From the NCBI GenBank assembly GCA_000004985.1, contig GG738847.1: a stretch of DNA of 64,000 nt; one strand, 5' to 3'. The translations under genes and the position numbers were made by a program. Below, piece by piece: positions 1 through 10,558 of this stretch (positions within the stretch are counted from its first letter, which is position 1; each line of letters starts with the position of its first letter). The DNA comes from Naegleria gruberi (Eukaryota). The notes below the pieces were generated by a model, which was not told the origin of the DNA, made no database searches, and was given only the letters and a program-made list of their open reading frames with translations.

Positions 1-1130
1 GGTGTGATATTCGGTTTCGTATCGAACGAATGTTTCCATGGAGGATTCTAACTTGGCCTTTGTCATTCTCTTGATGAGATAATCTTCATAGACAAATCTG
101 GAATTGAGTGGCTTTCTGATTGGATTATTGACCTTTCGTCTTGGTTTTGTTTCATGATAAGTTGAAACATTTCCTTGGAAATAAATCAAAGTTTCATCCT
201 CAAAGGACATGTCACCATATTTACAAACATGTGATGTTGAAGTTTCCTTCAAAACATGATCAAATTGTTCAGCAATAGTTTCCTTTCGAATATCACAAAA
301 ATCAGTATCATTCATCCAATTAATCGAATAGCAATCATTCAAATAAGCTCCAAATATATCACTATAATCACATGCATACGATGATTCAAAAGGAGTCGAA
401 GCAGTTTCTGCATAAACATTCAAATTAGCATTCAGTACAGAATTAAACATGCTTCCACTCTCACAAGCTTCCACATAAAACAACACTTGACTATACATTC
501 TCTTCTTATACATATACTGAAGTGTTTCTAATAAATCTTTCGAATGCAATACATTAAATCCAGGGAAAGCCAAAATATTGGTAGCTCCATGATCAGCAAA
601 ATAAATGAAAATCCTATCATTTGGTCCACTTTTCAATGTCTTTCCATTTCCTCTAGTGATATTCGAATCTCCTCTGAGAACTGAGAGGAAAACATCAGGT
701 GTAACATCTTCACCTCTATAATCAATAGCTTCCTTTCCAGGATAAACATTGGTGCCATTATATTCATTGATAATGACACCTTTTTGTGGGTTATCATGAT
801 TGAAGGCAATGTCATCGAACATGAAGGTGATAATATTTGAAGCAGGAATTCCTCTATCAGTTACAATTTTGTAAGCATGACAAATCTAGAGTTTACAAAA
901 ATTGTAAAGTGGCTTAATGAGAAATGAAAAGGTAGATTGAAACTTACATCGGCTTGATGTCTATAGTTAAAGTATCCATTCGAACCTGCTACGAGAATAA
1001 CCCAATTTTGACCTTTCGGATTTTGAACATTAAATGTTGGATTATTTTTGTTAATATTAAAAGAAGAAACTCTGGAGAGTAAACAGAGAAAGCCAACAAT
1101 CAACAACACTGAATGTAGTTTAGCTTGCAT
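1..1130 (-). CDS. Legumain / asparaginyl endopeptidase (peptidase family C13); 3' end runs off the window (no stop seen). Exon1 948..1130, intron 886..947 (GTAAGT..TAG), exon2 1..885
   Basis: N-terminal signal peptide (MQAKLHSVLLIVGFLCLL). Minus-strand translation gives WVILVAGSNGYFNYRHQAD|ICHAYKIVTDRGIP..FMFDDIAFNHDNP..IFIYFADHGA..YVEACESGSMF..YACDY, matching legumain blocks with catalytic His (ADHG) and Cys (EACESG). The intron position restores the HQADxCHAY block. Confidence 0.85.
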
Positions 1131-1661
1131 GATTGATGCTATTATTTTGAAGAATAAAAATCAATTGGAAAGACTATACGAATTCAATTTATAAAAAGAA
1201 ATGTATTAATCAGCATTCTTTCCAATCTAGGTGTTATTCCTTTTCAAAAATGTAGAATTCAATGAAACATTTTAGGACTATCCAAGTTATTCGAAACATT
1301 ATCATTTGGCTGATGGATAGTTAGGTTGAAAATAATTCTAAATACAATCATATGTTGCTGTTCTGTTTTGATAGATTGTCATACAAATAAGAACGCTTTT
1401 TATTTTGTAAAAGTGCTGATTACAATGCCAAGGGTGTAAGCAATGAAACCAATAATTCCATTTCTTGTTACCGTTATTAGAGAGGAGCATTATGATTAGA
1501 ATGTGTTAATAACAAAATTTTCAAAACCAATTCATTGGTATTATCAGCTAAAGAGTTAAACTTTGAAATAAATTCTATTAATTGTAGTATATTGCAATTA
1601 ACAAATGGTTTTCTTTATTCAAATACAAACCAATTATTCCTAGTCCAATTCTTTGAGTTTA

Positions 1662-3194
1662 TCATTCAGTGAATGATTTTCCTCTCCAAAATAGTAATCT
1701 TGGTTCTGTTGTACACGTTACCATATAATCCAAAGCATTAATATCCAAGGAAAGAACAGGATATACATCATCTGTTTCACTTGTATCCATTGAATCGTTG
1801 GAAGGGAGTGGTGAGTGTTCAAAATTCTTTGTGTTACAATTCAGTTTAGATACTATTGTCTCTGTTTGAATATCCCAAACATAAACATAACCATCTTCAC
1901 TACATGATAGAATTACATTTTCTTTTGGATGGAAGGTCAAGTTAACACTGAATCGATTATTTACATGTCCTGTATAATTTTTGATATTTCTCACACTAGG
2001 TCTTACTTGCCACAATCTTATAATGGCCGGTTCAGTTTCTTTAGACATTGTACTCACCAAGAGATAATTTCCATGTGGTGAGAGTTTAGCACACGAAAGA
2101 GGTGGAGCATCATGTGGGTCTTTAAGGATAGTTTTCAGACATTGACCAGTTGTTGTATCCCAAATTCTACAAAAACCATCATAGCTTGAGGTGACCAAAA
2201 GTGATCCATCACGTGAAAATGAAACTGATGTTACAGGATCTGAATGAGCTGGCAGCGTACGAAGACATTTTCCTGTCTTGACATCCCACAATCTAACAGT
2301 TTCATCATAACTTCCACTGGCAATAATATTACCACTTGGGCTGTAAGCCACACAATATGCAAATTGATTGTGTCCATGTAAAATCATTAATATTTCACCA
2401 GTTTCAGATGACCACAACCTTACAGAACCATCATCACTGGCCGAACAAATAAATAGCGAATCTGGACTCCAACAAACATCATTCACTCCTTTAATGTGTC
2501 CAACACATTTAACAGTAGGTTCTGGAACTTTAAACTTGTATGCAGTATTAATCACAATATTCGAACTTTTCTTTTCAGTAACATTTGAAAAGTCAACAGT
2601 TATACCATTCTTGGAACTGGTTGAAGTTGATGTTTTAGGATTATTATTATTATTATCAGGATTAAACACTCCTGGTGGTGTTTGCCTTGCTAATAATTCT
2701 CCACTCACATTTTCAATACTATTCTCATGATCCGATACTTTTGAAATTAAATCCCAAATTTGTATAGTTCCATCAGCCGATCCAGTAGCCAATAAACAGC
2801 TATTTGGTGATATTTTAGCTGTGCTAATAGGTTTTGAATGTACTTGTTTAATAACATCGGGAGAGAGGTCATATAAAATTTGAAACTCTACATTTCTAGG
2901 TTTAAAAGGCTTGTTATTAGTTGTTGTTCTATTATTATTTCTACTATTATTATTATTACTAGGCACATCTTCATCGTGAATTGTTTTAGAGTGTACGGAA
3001 TTTTTAATTATGCTTGGTGTTGAATTGCTCAAAACCGATGATGAAGAAGCATGATGTGATGGTGCATCAGCAGACTCTTCATCATCATCAATTATTTTAC
3101 TCTTTCTTGAAGGTGGAATGGAAGGAGAGGAACGAATGGTTGAGGAAGAACCAGTTTGGCTGCTGCTCATTTTTTTTTGGTTAATTTCCAGCAT
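1662..3194 (-). CDS. WD40-repeat protein, WDR5-like, with a ~200 aa Ser/Asn-rich N-terminal extension; alternative start at 3170 (aaaaaaaaATG)
   Basis: Single 510-aa ORF. Seven WD repeats with strong WDR5-like blocks (GHIKGVNDVCWSPDS..SASDDGSVRLW, YDETVRLWDVKTGKCLRTLPAHSDPVTSVSFSRDGSLLVTSSYDGFCRIWDTTTGQCLKT). Confidence 0.8.
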   Translation of the reverse strand: MLEINQKKMSSSQTGSSSTIRSSPSIPPSRKSKIIDDDEESADAPSHHASSSSVLSNSTPSIIKNSVHSKTIHDEDVPSNNNNSRNNNRTTTNNKPFKPRNVEFQILYDLSPDVIKQVHSKPISTAKISPNSCLLATGSADGTIQIWDLISKVSDHENSIENVSGELLARQTPPGVFNPDNNNNNPKTSTSTSSKNGITVDFSNVTEKKSSNIVINTAYKFKVPEPTVKCVGHIKGVNDVCWSPDSLFICSASDDGSVRLWSSETGEILMILHGHNQFAYCVAYSPSGNIIASGSYDETVRLWDVKTGKCLRTLPAHSDPVTSVSFSRDGSLLVTSSYDGFCRIWDTTTGQCLKTILKDPHDAPPLSCAKLSPHGNYLLVSTMSKETEPAIIRLWQVRPSVRNIKNYTGHVNNRFSVNLTFHPKENVILSCSEDGYVYVWDIQTETIVSKLNCNTKNFEHSPLPSNDSMDTSETDDVYPVLSLDINALDYMVTCTTEPRLLFWRGKSFTE

Positions 3195-3335
3195 TTCATT
3201 GATATTATATATTTAATAATACTAGTATTATAAACATTACAAAATTAGGAACTAAGCCAAAATCTATGATTGGGATAATTTTAGATTTCAACTCTATAAA
3301 AAAATTAATTGTTGAACTCCATCACTGCGCGCACC

Positions 3336-3761
3336 ATGATAGCAAATAATAGCACACACATGAATATCATCAAATCTGATCAATTCGCTCACAAAATTTG
3401 TGGTATGAATCAGAGAATGATTAACGTTTTCAGAGCTTCCCGTGATGATCCCACCAAACTCGAACAAAATTTCCTTCTCATGATTGCCAATATTAAGAGG
3501 AAAATACTTGGTGGATTAAAGTTGGAAGCATCGGAATCGATCAGTGTTGGCTTTACCTTTGGAAATGTGGCCCAAGTTTTAACGAGTCATAATTTAAATA
3601 TTCAAGAAAATGATATTGTTGTTTGTTTCCTTTTAGATACTTTGGATATTGATAGTAAGATGGTTACTGCTATTAGAAAATCATCAAAAGTAGTTGATGC
3701 AAGTGATAAATCAGCAGTTTGGAATTTACTTTACAAATTCGATGCAACTTCTTTCCAATAA
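3336..3761 (+). CDS. Hypothetical small cytosolic protein (141 aa); no confident family
   Basis: Open frame 3309..3761 begins with TTG; first ATG with context accATG is at 3336. Globular, no signal peptide or TM. Possibly an alpha/beta roadblock-like fold but no motif recognised. Confidence 0.4.
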   Translation: MIANNSTHMNIIKSDQFAHKICGMNQRMINVFRASRDDPTKLEQNFLLMIANIKRKILGGLKLEASESISVGFTFGNVAQVLTSHNLNIQENDIVVCFLLDTLDIDSKMVTAIRKSSKVVDASDKSAVWNLLYKFDATSFQ

Positions 3762-3834
3762 TAAAAACAAAAACAAGAATTAAACTAATATTAAACAACA
3801 AAATATTTCATTGTAAAATTTAGTGTCATGATAT

Positions 3835-4239
3835 TTAATTTTGTTCACCAACACATCCACATGTACGACATCCTCTCTCATCCAAAAGATAACCATTTTC
3901 ACAATGTCTAAAACAGTAAAGTTGAGCACAAGCAACTGCTGGTTTACAAGCACAAACTGGACAACCAAGTTCATTAACTTTGAAACCATTTGGACAGTAC
4001 ATTCTACACATTCTCTTATTACAAACACCAGTGACCAATTGTTGAGAAATATCACTCAATGCAACTTCTTCTTCGACACATGTACATGTTTGACAACCTT
4101 TAGCGTTTAATTCATAACCGTGACGACAGTAACGAGCACATTTGACCATTGGACAGTTTGCATTTCTTATTTCGTAGGACAAGTTGACCATCATGCTGAT
4201 GACAACGAGGAATAAACAAATGGCGAGAGTTGTTTTCAT
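3835..4239 (-). CDS. Secreted cysteine-rich mini-protein with three tandem antistasin-like domains (putative serine-protease inhibitor)
   Basis: Signal peptide MKTTLAICLFLVVISMMV. Three 26-aa units each C-x4-C-x3-C-x10-C-x2-C-x-C with a conserved G[YF]..[DN]..GC pattern (CPMVKCARYCRHGYELNAKGCQTCTC / CNKRMCRMYCPNGFKVNELGCPVCAC / CAQLYCFRHCENGYLLDERGCRTCGC). ATG at 4239 preceded by an A-run. Confidence 0.55.
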   Translation of the reverse strand: MKTTLAICLFLVVISMMVNLSYEIRNANCPMVKCARYCRHGYELNAKGCQTCTCVEEEVALSDISQQLVTGVCNKRMCRMYCPNGFKVNELGCPVCACKPAVACAQLYCFRHCENGYLLDERGCRTCGCVGEQN

Positions 4240-4482
4240 TTTTTTTTGATATTATTAGGATTCGTTGTTGAAAGGGAGAGGTCATTACTTATTCGAAATG
4301 GTGATGATTATCTTGATGATTATAATAAGTAGTATCTCATGAGATTTGGCATTATAATAATTTGAATGGGTTGTTTATAAAATCATTAGATTCCATTGTA
4401 CTTGAATCTCAACTTGCAATTTACTAGAAAAATAAATTGTAAACAAAATTGGACAAATCAAGTTGAGAAAATCAAAATGTAA

Positions 4483-4553
4483 GGGGGCGAGGGGGAATCG
4501 AACCCCCGGCCACAGCTTTGGAGGCTGCGATGTTACCATTACACCACCGCCCC
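4483..4553 (-). tRNA. tRNA-Trp (anticodon CCA)
   Basis: Minus-strand sequence GGGGCGGTGGTGTAATGGTAACATCGCAGCCTCCAAAGCTGTGGCCGGGGGTTCGATTCCCCCTCGCCCCC. Acceptor stem pairs with one G-U, anticodon loop CTCCAAA, T-arm GGGGG-TTCGATT-CCCCC. Confidence 0.85.
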
Positions 4554-4615
4554 TTACCTGTTTATTCTTATAAAATTTCGTTCTTATAATAAACATCCTT
4601 AAAGAGATAATTTTA

Positions 4616-5920
4616 TTAAAAATCAACTGATTCCATACTTAAAACTCCTCGACTAATGCAAACTGAGTAAATCTTTGAATTGGTTGAAGCAGCTATTGCA
4701 CAATCTTCAACACCCTCAATCTTTGATGAAATCTGCTTATTTACCTGCCCTGCACTATTAACCAACACATAATCTTGAATTCTGGAAACTGAAATTCCAT
4801 TTCCAAGAGCTGCCAATCCATATCCTCTTGTTGCAAAATTATAATTTTTCTGAATTTCAATATTTCCAATATTGTCTGCCTTTGAAGTAATGCCAATTAA
4901 ATTTGGAATAGCTTTTGCATCAGAGCACACAATTCGAATATCAAACACAAAGTTATTCGAATCTAGTTTGGTCACATTAGCTGTTGGACTTGCACAATTT
5001 CCATGTTGTGCCACCCAAGGATTGAACAATATAACAGATTGCTTTCCAAAACTCTTTTCAACATTGATAACACTCAAATAATCACCACCTGAAACTATTG
5101 TTTGAACACTTGCAGCTGCTATCCATCCTGGAATTCCCAAATAACTCATTGACACGATGGTATATTCCTGATTGGAAAATATTGGACTAGTTGGTTGACC
5201 TGTCAAAACTCTTAATCTAAAAACATAATTTTGACCTCCAATGTAGATCATATCATTTCCATCCCCATATTCATTTGGTACCAGAAGCATGCTACCTGTT
5301 TCCATCACTATTCTATTGTTAACTTGCCAAACAATTTCCAAGCTTGACAATTTCACACCAATAATTTGATCGGTTGAAATAATTACTAAAATGTCATGTC
5401 TTTCAGAGTATGCAGTATCCCAAACAGATCCATCTTGGAGCATTTTCAAAACTCTGAATTCAGCTTTGAAATTATTCAAAGTGTCAAACTTTACAATAAT
5501 TGGGAATGTGTAATTGAGTGTCAAAACATTGACATATACTTCAGAAGATGTCAAAATAGATTGTGTTAACTCTGATGCGGATACGGATGCAGGTAACCCT
5601 GGAAATTCAGTGATTCTAGTTGAAAGACCAGTTTGTAAATCAACCTGAACTATTTTAACAGCATTTTTCATATCAGAAACTAAACTAAAGGCCTTTCCTT
5701 GCTTGGAAGAAAACACAAGTGATTGCTTGAAATCGCCAAAATAAACATCACCACAACCAGCACAAATATTGGCATTCTCCCAATTTGCATGCGATTTGCG
5801 AAAATTAAATTTGTTTGTTCTGAACTCATCAAATTTTTGTTGTGGCCATTGGCAGTTGACAAGTGTCAACAAGAGATGGAGAATAACACAAAGCACTAGA
5901 GTGTTTTTACTTGCTGACAT
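4616..5920 (-). CDS. Secreted hypothetical protein (434 aa) with N-terminal signal peptide
   Basis: Single ORF with ATG at 5920 after an A-run. Signal peptide MSASKNTLVLCVILHLLLTLVNC, several N-glyco sequons, no TM. No recognisable catalytic motif. Confidence 0.55.
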   Translation of the reverse strand: MSASKNTLVLCVILHLLLTLVNCQWPQQKFDEFRTNKFNFRKSHANWENANICAGCGDVYFGDFKQSLVFSSKQGKAFSLVSDMKNAVKIVQVDLQTGLSTRITEFPGLPASVSASELTQSILTSSEVYVNVLTLNYTFPIIVKFDTLNNFKAEFRVLKMLQDGSVWDTAYSERHDILVIISTDQIIGVKLSSLEIVWQVNNRIVMETGSMLLVPNEYGDGNDMIYIGGQNYVFRLRVLTGQPTSPIFSNQEYTIVSMSYLGIPGWIAAASVQTIVSGGDYLSVINVEKSFGKQSVILFNPWVAQHGNCASPTANVTKLDSNNFVFDIRIVCSDAKAIPNLIGITSKADNIGNIEIQKNYNFATRGYGLAALGNGISVSRIQDYVLVNSAGQVNKQISSKIEGVEDCAIAASTNSKIYSVCISRGVLSMESVDF

Positions 5921-6092
5921 TTTTTTTCAAGATATTTCAATCTCCTCGCTCTAAATTTTTTGGTCAACTAACAATCAGTTATGAAATGATGGATTTCAAA
6001 CTCCTAGAACTCAATTTGTTCCACGATTTCTGATTCACTCAATGGAGATGATTAATTTTAATTTTCCATAGTGGAATACACATTGAGGAGTT

Positions 6093-6716
6093 TTGACGCA
6101 ATTAACAAGTTTGAATATTGGCTTTAATGGAATTGGATCTAAAGGGGCTGCCCATATAAGTGAGATGAAACTATTGACTGAATTAAATATTGAAACAAAT
6201 TATATCAAAGATGAGGGAGCTGAATCAATATCTAAATTGAAAAGCTTGACCAATCTTAAGGCAAGGGGAAACGGAATTACAGAAATAGGAGCGAATGCAA
6301 TCAGTACATTACAAAGATTGAATTGCCTTGATATAAAAGAAAATAGAATAAGATCAGAAGGAGTAATTTCCATTTCCAAGTTGACTCGTTTAACCAAACT
6401 TGATATAAGAAATAATGTTGTAACAAATGAAGGACTTGCTTCTATTGATAGGTTAGAACATTTAACAAAGTTAGTTATTACCAACAATAGGATATCTGAT
6501 GAAGGAGCATTATTTATTAGCAAGTTGAAGCATTTAAACTTTCTTGACATTAGCTCAAATAGTATTTCAGACATTGGTGCAGAATACCTCAGCAAAATGC
6601 GCACCCTAACAAGTATTAACGCAAATAGGAATGAAATTGGATCTGATGGGAAAAGATTGCTTTCTAATATGAAAATTTTAGTTTCTTATTCAAAACAAAG
6701 AGCAAGCTTATTATAA
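6093..6716 (+). CDS. Leucine-rich repeat protein (ribonuclease-inhibitor-type LRRs); 5' end unresolved, fragment or missing upstream exon
   Basis: Seven-plus ~24-aa repeats of the form L..L.L..N.I.DEGA..IS.L. Frame is closed by TGA at 6084 and the ORF-track start is TTG; first in-frame ATG is at ~6164. No clean upstream exon found in 5921..6092. Confidence 0.5.
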   Translation: MTQLTSLNIGFNGIGSKGAAHISEMKLLTELNIETNYIKDEGAESISKLKSLTNLKARGNGITEIGANAISTLQRLNCLDIKENRIRSEGVISISKLTRLTKLDIRNNVVTNEGLASIDRLEHLTKLVITNNRISDEGALFISKLKHLNFLDISSNSISDIGAEYLSKMRTLTSINANRNEIGSDGKRLLSNMKILVSYSKQRASLL

Positions 6717-6719
6717 ATT

Positions 6720-7744
6720 CTACTTTTCTCCAAAATAATTGTAATCCTTTAAATAATCAAAATCAAAATTGGTATTGAATAAAGGAGTCCTATCTCCATC
6801 ATCTATATGTTCACTTGAATCCGTTTGTTGTTGTCGCAATTCATCCTTACCAATAAACTGATTCAAGAGTTGGAGCAGAATCTTGCTTCTATCATCAAGA
6901 TTGCAAAAGTTCTGTAAATCATTCATTGTCTTGATTGATTTAATGTCCTTTCCTAACTTTCTCATAAATATTTCAAACTTTTTTGAATCATTTCCATCGC
7001 CTTCTTCATCTTGTGAGCCACTTTCATTGGTTGTTTTATTCTTTTTAGATGGTTGACCCACAATGAGTGGTAATTCACCAGATGGTGAGAATGGTGATTC
7101 ACACATTTCTCTTCTCTTCTTTTCATTATCAATCATTCGAGAAAAAACTGTCATGCCATTCAAAATATGCATCTTAGCATTCTTATCAGCACCACCACTA
7201 TTTGTGAGTACAATTATTCCAATCATGAAATTGCTGTACACTGATGAAATCTTCACCTTCTTGAATATGTCAAACTTGATGACATTTCTAGTTTTCTTTC
7301 CTTTCATACTTTCAGTGCTAAAGAGAGTCAACTTGTTAGGTTCATCTAATTGGAAAATGTAGGCAAATATCGAGTTTTGAGGCTCCTCCACACCATAAAA
7401 CAAATTGCTCAACAAGTCGACACTAATTCTATATCGAATAGTTTTTCGATGTTTAAGAATTTTGGTATCGAAAGTTTCCTCATCAATATCAGTCTCCACT
7501 GAGAATGCATCCTTTGAGTTGTGAGCAACGAATGGCCCTTCATGAAAGCTTCCTCCTCTCAATTCATTCAGTAAAACATCTCTGGCCAAGGGATGGACAG
7601 TAATCACATCTGTGGCCACAAGAGGAAGACCATAAGAAAACTTTTTAAATTGCATATTAATGGAGCACTCGACCTTTCTATTCCTCACAATAGGAGTGGT
7701 CAATACGCTTTGATGATTCAATAGACTTTCTAAATTTTTGCTCA
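6720..7744 (-). CDS. Hypothetical protein (341 aa), family not recognised
   Basis: Long minus ORF. ORF-track start at 7754 is GTG; ATG at 7744 (MSKNLESLL). Mixed charged/low-complexity C-terminal half. Confidence 0.5.
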
Positions 7745-8013
7745 TTGTGATCACAGAAATTGATTTGTTTTTGTTTTTTTTGTTTTTTTTTGTTTTTATT
7801 TCTTAATTTTTTGTATTGTTGCAGAGTTTATTGCATCACTTTGGTGTAACACTGAATCACACAACACTTTTCATGCAAGAGAAGTTGAGAATTCACCATT
7901 ACCACGGAGAGCAAATAATCATGTATTGGTGATGAGATGTTAAGGTTGCAGATACAAATAATTTCTATCTTGCTAATAATTGTTTTCTAATTTTTAATTA
8001 AAAATACAAAAAA

Positions 8014-8868
8014 ATGATAGAAAGTAAAGAAACAAAAAACATCCAACAAACAACAACAAAAACTCAAAAAGAAAACCTATCAAATTTCCTTCTCCTATTA
8101 AAACAGGGAGACATTGCCAGAGTTTCCGAAATATTTCATCATGATGATCAATTTAAAAAAAGCCTTGATGAAGATGATTTCAAAGAGTTTGGTAAAATTG
8201 CTGCCCAAAACAATTATTCAGACTTGGTTGAATTAATATTCAATGAATGGAGATTGTTGGAAACTACTGAAATTCGTCCAATCAAAGATATTGTTTTCCT
8301 TCTTGATGTTCTTATGGAGGCTTGTGAACATTCGAGTGTGGATGTGGTTAAATTCGTTCTCCCACGTATGGATACTCCCTATAGATCTCAAGTCGATTTG
8401 GTAAAGTTTATTTCTCCAATCTATTTGGGAATTACGAATTTGGATATTGTTAAATTGTATTATGAAAAGTTTGATGTGAATCAAAGTTGTTATGTCATGT
8501 CAGAAGATATGTTTAATACTGAATATGAGATTTTCCCATTGTCTCATGCAGTGGAAATGGATGCAGAGTTGAGTATTGTGAAATATTTACTTGATAAGGG
8601 AGCTAAGGTTAATGAATCGAGTGGCAGATTGTTTTATACAGCCCTATATTATGCATGTTTGGTGAGAAATGAGGAAACTACCAAGTTATTATTGAAATAT
8701 GGAGCTGATCCTCAATATGTCTTGGATACAAACAGTGAAAAGGTGATAGACTTTCTTTCGAATATTTTGGAAAATTTGAAAATAATAGAAGAAACGAAGG
8801 TGGAATTCCATGACAACCTGCAACAAAATATTTCATTAACAGATATTCAGATTTTATTTACAAATTAA
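8014..8868 (+). CDS. Ankyrin-repeat protein (284 aa)
   Basis: aaaaATG start. C-terminal ankyrin repeats (PLSHAVEMDAELSIVKYLLDKGAKVNE..TALYYACLVRNEETTKLLLKYGADP). Stop lies 12 bp from the convergent neighbour. Confidence 0.65.
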   Translation: MIESKETKNIQQTTTKTQKENLSNFLLLLKQGDIARVSEIFHHDDQFKKSLDEDDFKEFGKIAAQNNYSDLVELIFNEWRLLETTEIRPIKDIVFLLDVLMEACEHSSVDVVKFVLPRMDTPYRSQVDLVKFISPIYLGITNLDIVKLYYEKFDVNQSCYVMSEDMFNTEYEIFPLSHAVEMDAELSIVKYLLDKGAKVNESSGRLFYTALYYACLVRNEETTKLLLKYGADPQYVLDTNSEKVIDFLSNILENLKIIEETKVEFHDNLQQNISLTDIQILFTN

Positions 8869-8880
8869 AATAATTGACAT

Positions 8881-10302
8881 TTACCATTCCAAAGATCTTT
8901 TGGATAGAGATTTCAAAGTTGGACTATTTTCAGAGTAGAATTGCGAATACCATCTTCTAAATTGACCTATTGGTCCATCAGTTCTCACCAACACTGGCTT
9001 TGGAAGATAGGTTTTGGTATTCCAAATTGGAATGTCTTGTTCCACAAAGGAGGTCATCAAGATTAAAAACCACTTGGCAAAGAATCTAGGAATATACCAA
9101 GGAACATAGAGAACATGTTCAACATGTTGATGAAGAGGGCCAACTGGAGTTACGGTCTGAACGAGATCAAACTTTCCTAAAATTGTAGAAAACTCAAACA
9201 TGACCAAACCAGGTCCATATTGACCTCCCTTTACATCCACAACACTGAATGGAATTTTCAACCTATCATTCATGGCAGTTGAAACGTGTTGAACTTGAAA
9301 GTAAGCCACATGGGAATCTTCCTTCTTTTCACCTTTTTGCCACTTGGCTCCCCAAATATTCCACACAAATCCAAAAGTATTTCTCATTTCTCTATGGACA
9401 ACATTTAAATGATTGGCATCTGGTCCATTCTCTGGAATTTCCTGAATATGACAATAGATGTGATGAGCAATCTTTCCATGTGTGAAGAGATTTTGTCTTA
9501 CTGATGGTGGTTGCCAATGAGGTTCACGACCCTCTGCATCAAACCACAAATAGACGTTATCATTTCTTTCAATAATTGTATAACTCTTGGTGTGGGCTTG
9601 TGATGGAATGCCATCTCTATGTTCACACTCTTCCACTTGTTCACAAGATTCAGCCAATTTTCCACTCTTGTTTTTTGCAATATCAAGAGTTGAATCTTGA
9701 ACAGATAGCTCACTTTTGAATTGACCATTCTTTTTCAAAATTGGCATTGGAAGTGGAGAATCACCAACGGAAACACATTTTCCCTCTCCATTGAATGACC
9801 AATGATGAAATGGACATGTCAAACATTCACCATTGACACTTCCCAATGACAGATTAGCTCCCAAATGAGTACAGTAAGCATCGATAGCATGAACTGTTTT
9901 GGAATGTTGAGCTCTATAGACAGCTAGTTCTAGACCTAACATGCTCTTGTAGATTACTTGTCCAGGGGAAAGATCCCATGAATTGCAGATTTTGAACCAT
10001 CCATTTGGATAAACTGGTGGAAAGTCACCAATTCTCTTTCTACTCTTGGAAGCCAAGAAGGAAGTTCTGGTGGATGGTTTCATTTCGGAAAGTTTAGGTT
10101 CAAGATCAATGAATCTATCAAGAGGATGAAAGAATGAAGAGTAAACTTCCGAAATCAAACTCTTTAATAATTTCCATACAATTGCAAGCACAATAATTGA
10201 AACTCCCAATATGCAAATGTTATTAAAGCTTGTAATATTTTCCACATCAATTGATTGATAAATTTTGGAAAGTGACTGATGGAAGAGAGTTTCGTCTTGC
10301 AT
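8881..10302 (-). CDS. Rieske [2Fe-2S] non-heme-iron oxygenase, Neverland/DAF-36-like (cholesterol 7-desaturase family), N-terminal membrane anchor
   Basis: Rieske motif CTHLGANLSLG..x..CLTCPFHHWSF (CxH-x17-CxxH). Mononuclear iron motif DANHLNVVHREMRN (D-x2-H-x4-H). TM segment ILGVSIIVLAIVWKLL. Confidence 0.75.
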   Translation of the reverse strand: MQDETLFHQSLSKIYQSIDVENITSFNNICILGVSIIVLAIVWKLLKSLISEVYSSFFHPLDRFIDLEPKLSEMKPSTRTSFLASKSRKRIGDFPPVYPNGWFKICNSWDLSPGQVIYKSMLGLELAVYRAQHSKTVHAIDAYCTHLGANLSLGSVNGECLTCPFHHWSFNGEGKCVSVGDSPLPMPILKKNGQFKSELSVQDSTLDIAKNKSGKLAESCEQVEECEHRDGIPSQAHTKSYTIIERNDNVYLWFDAEGREPHWQPPSVRQNLFTHGKIAHHIYCHIQEIPENGPDANHLNVVHREMRNTFGFVWNIWGAKWQKGEKKEDSHVAYFQVQHVSTAMNDRLKIPFSVVDVKGGQYGPGLVMFEFSTILGKFDLVQTVTPVGPLHQHVEHVLYVPWYIPRFFAKWFLILMTSFVEQDIPIWNTKTYLPKPVLVRTDGPIGQFRRWYSQFYSENSPTLKSLSKRSLEW

Positions 10303-10558
10303 TTTGTTTTTTTAATGTTTTTGAAAGCTTATATCCCTTCACTCGGCCATTGCTTTACAACGATAGGAAGTCCTACTTTACAATGTGTTGAGGAGTTACG
10401 ATAAGATCTATAAAAGGAACAGTAAAATCCTGTACATTACAATGAAAAATAATTAACTTCTGACCCCTCTTCATTGTTCCTTGAAATTCAACTTGATATT
10501 GAACTTTAACACTTGACAATATCAACTTCCAACTTCCCAAGCAAGCTCTACAAAAAAA

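Noticed and set aside
2368-2730. Plus-strand 120-aa ORF inside the WDR5-like gene
   Set aside because: It is antisense to a well-supported CDS, has low-complexity translation and no start context. This is a typical shadow ORF.
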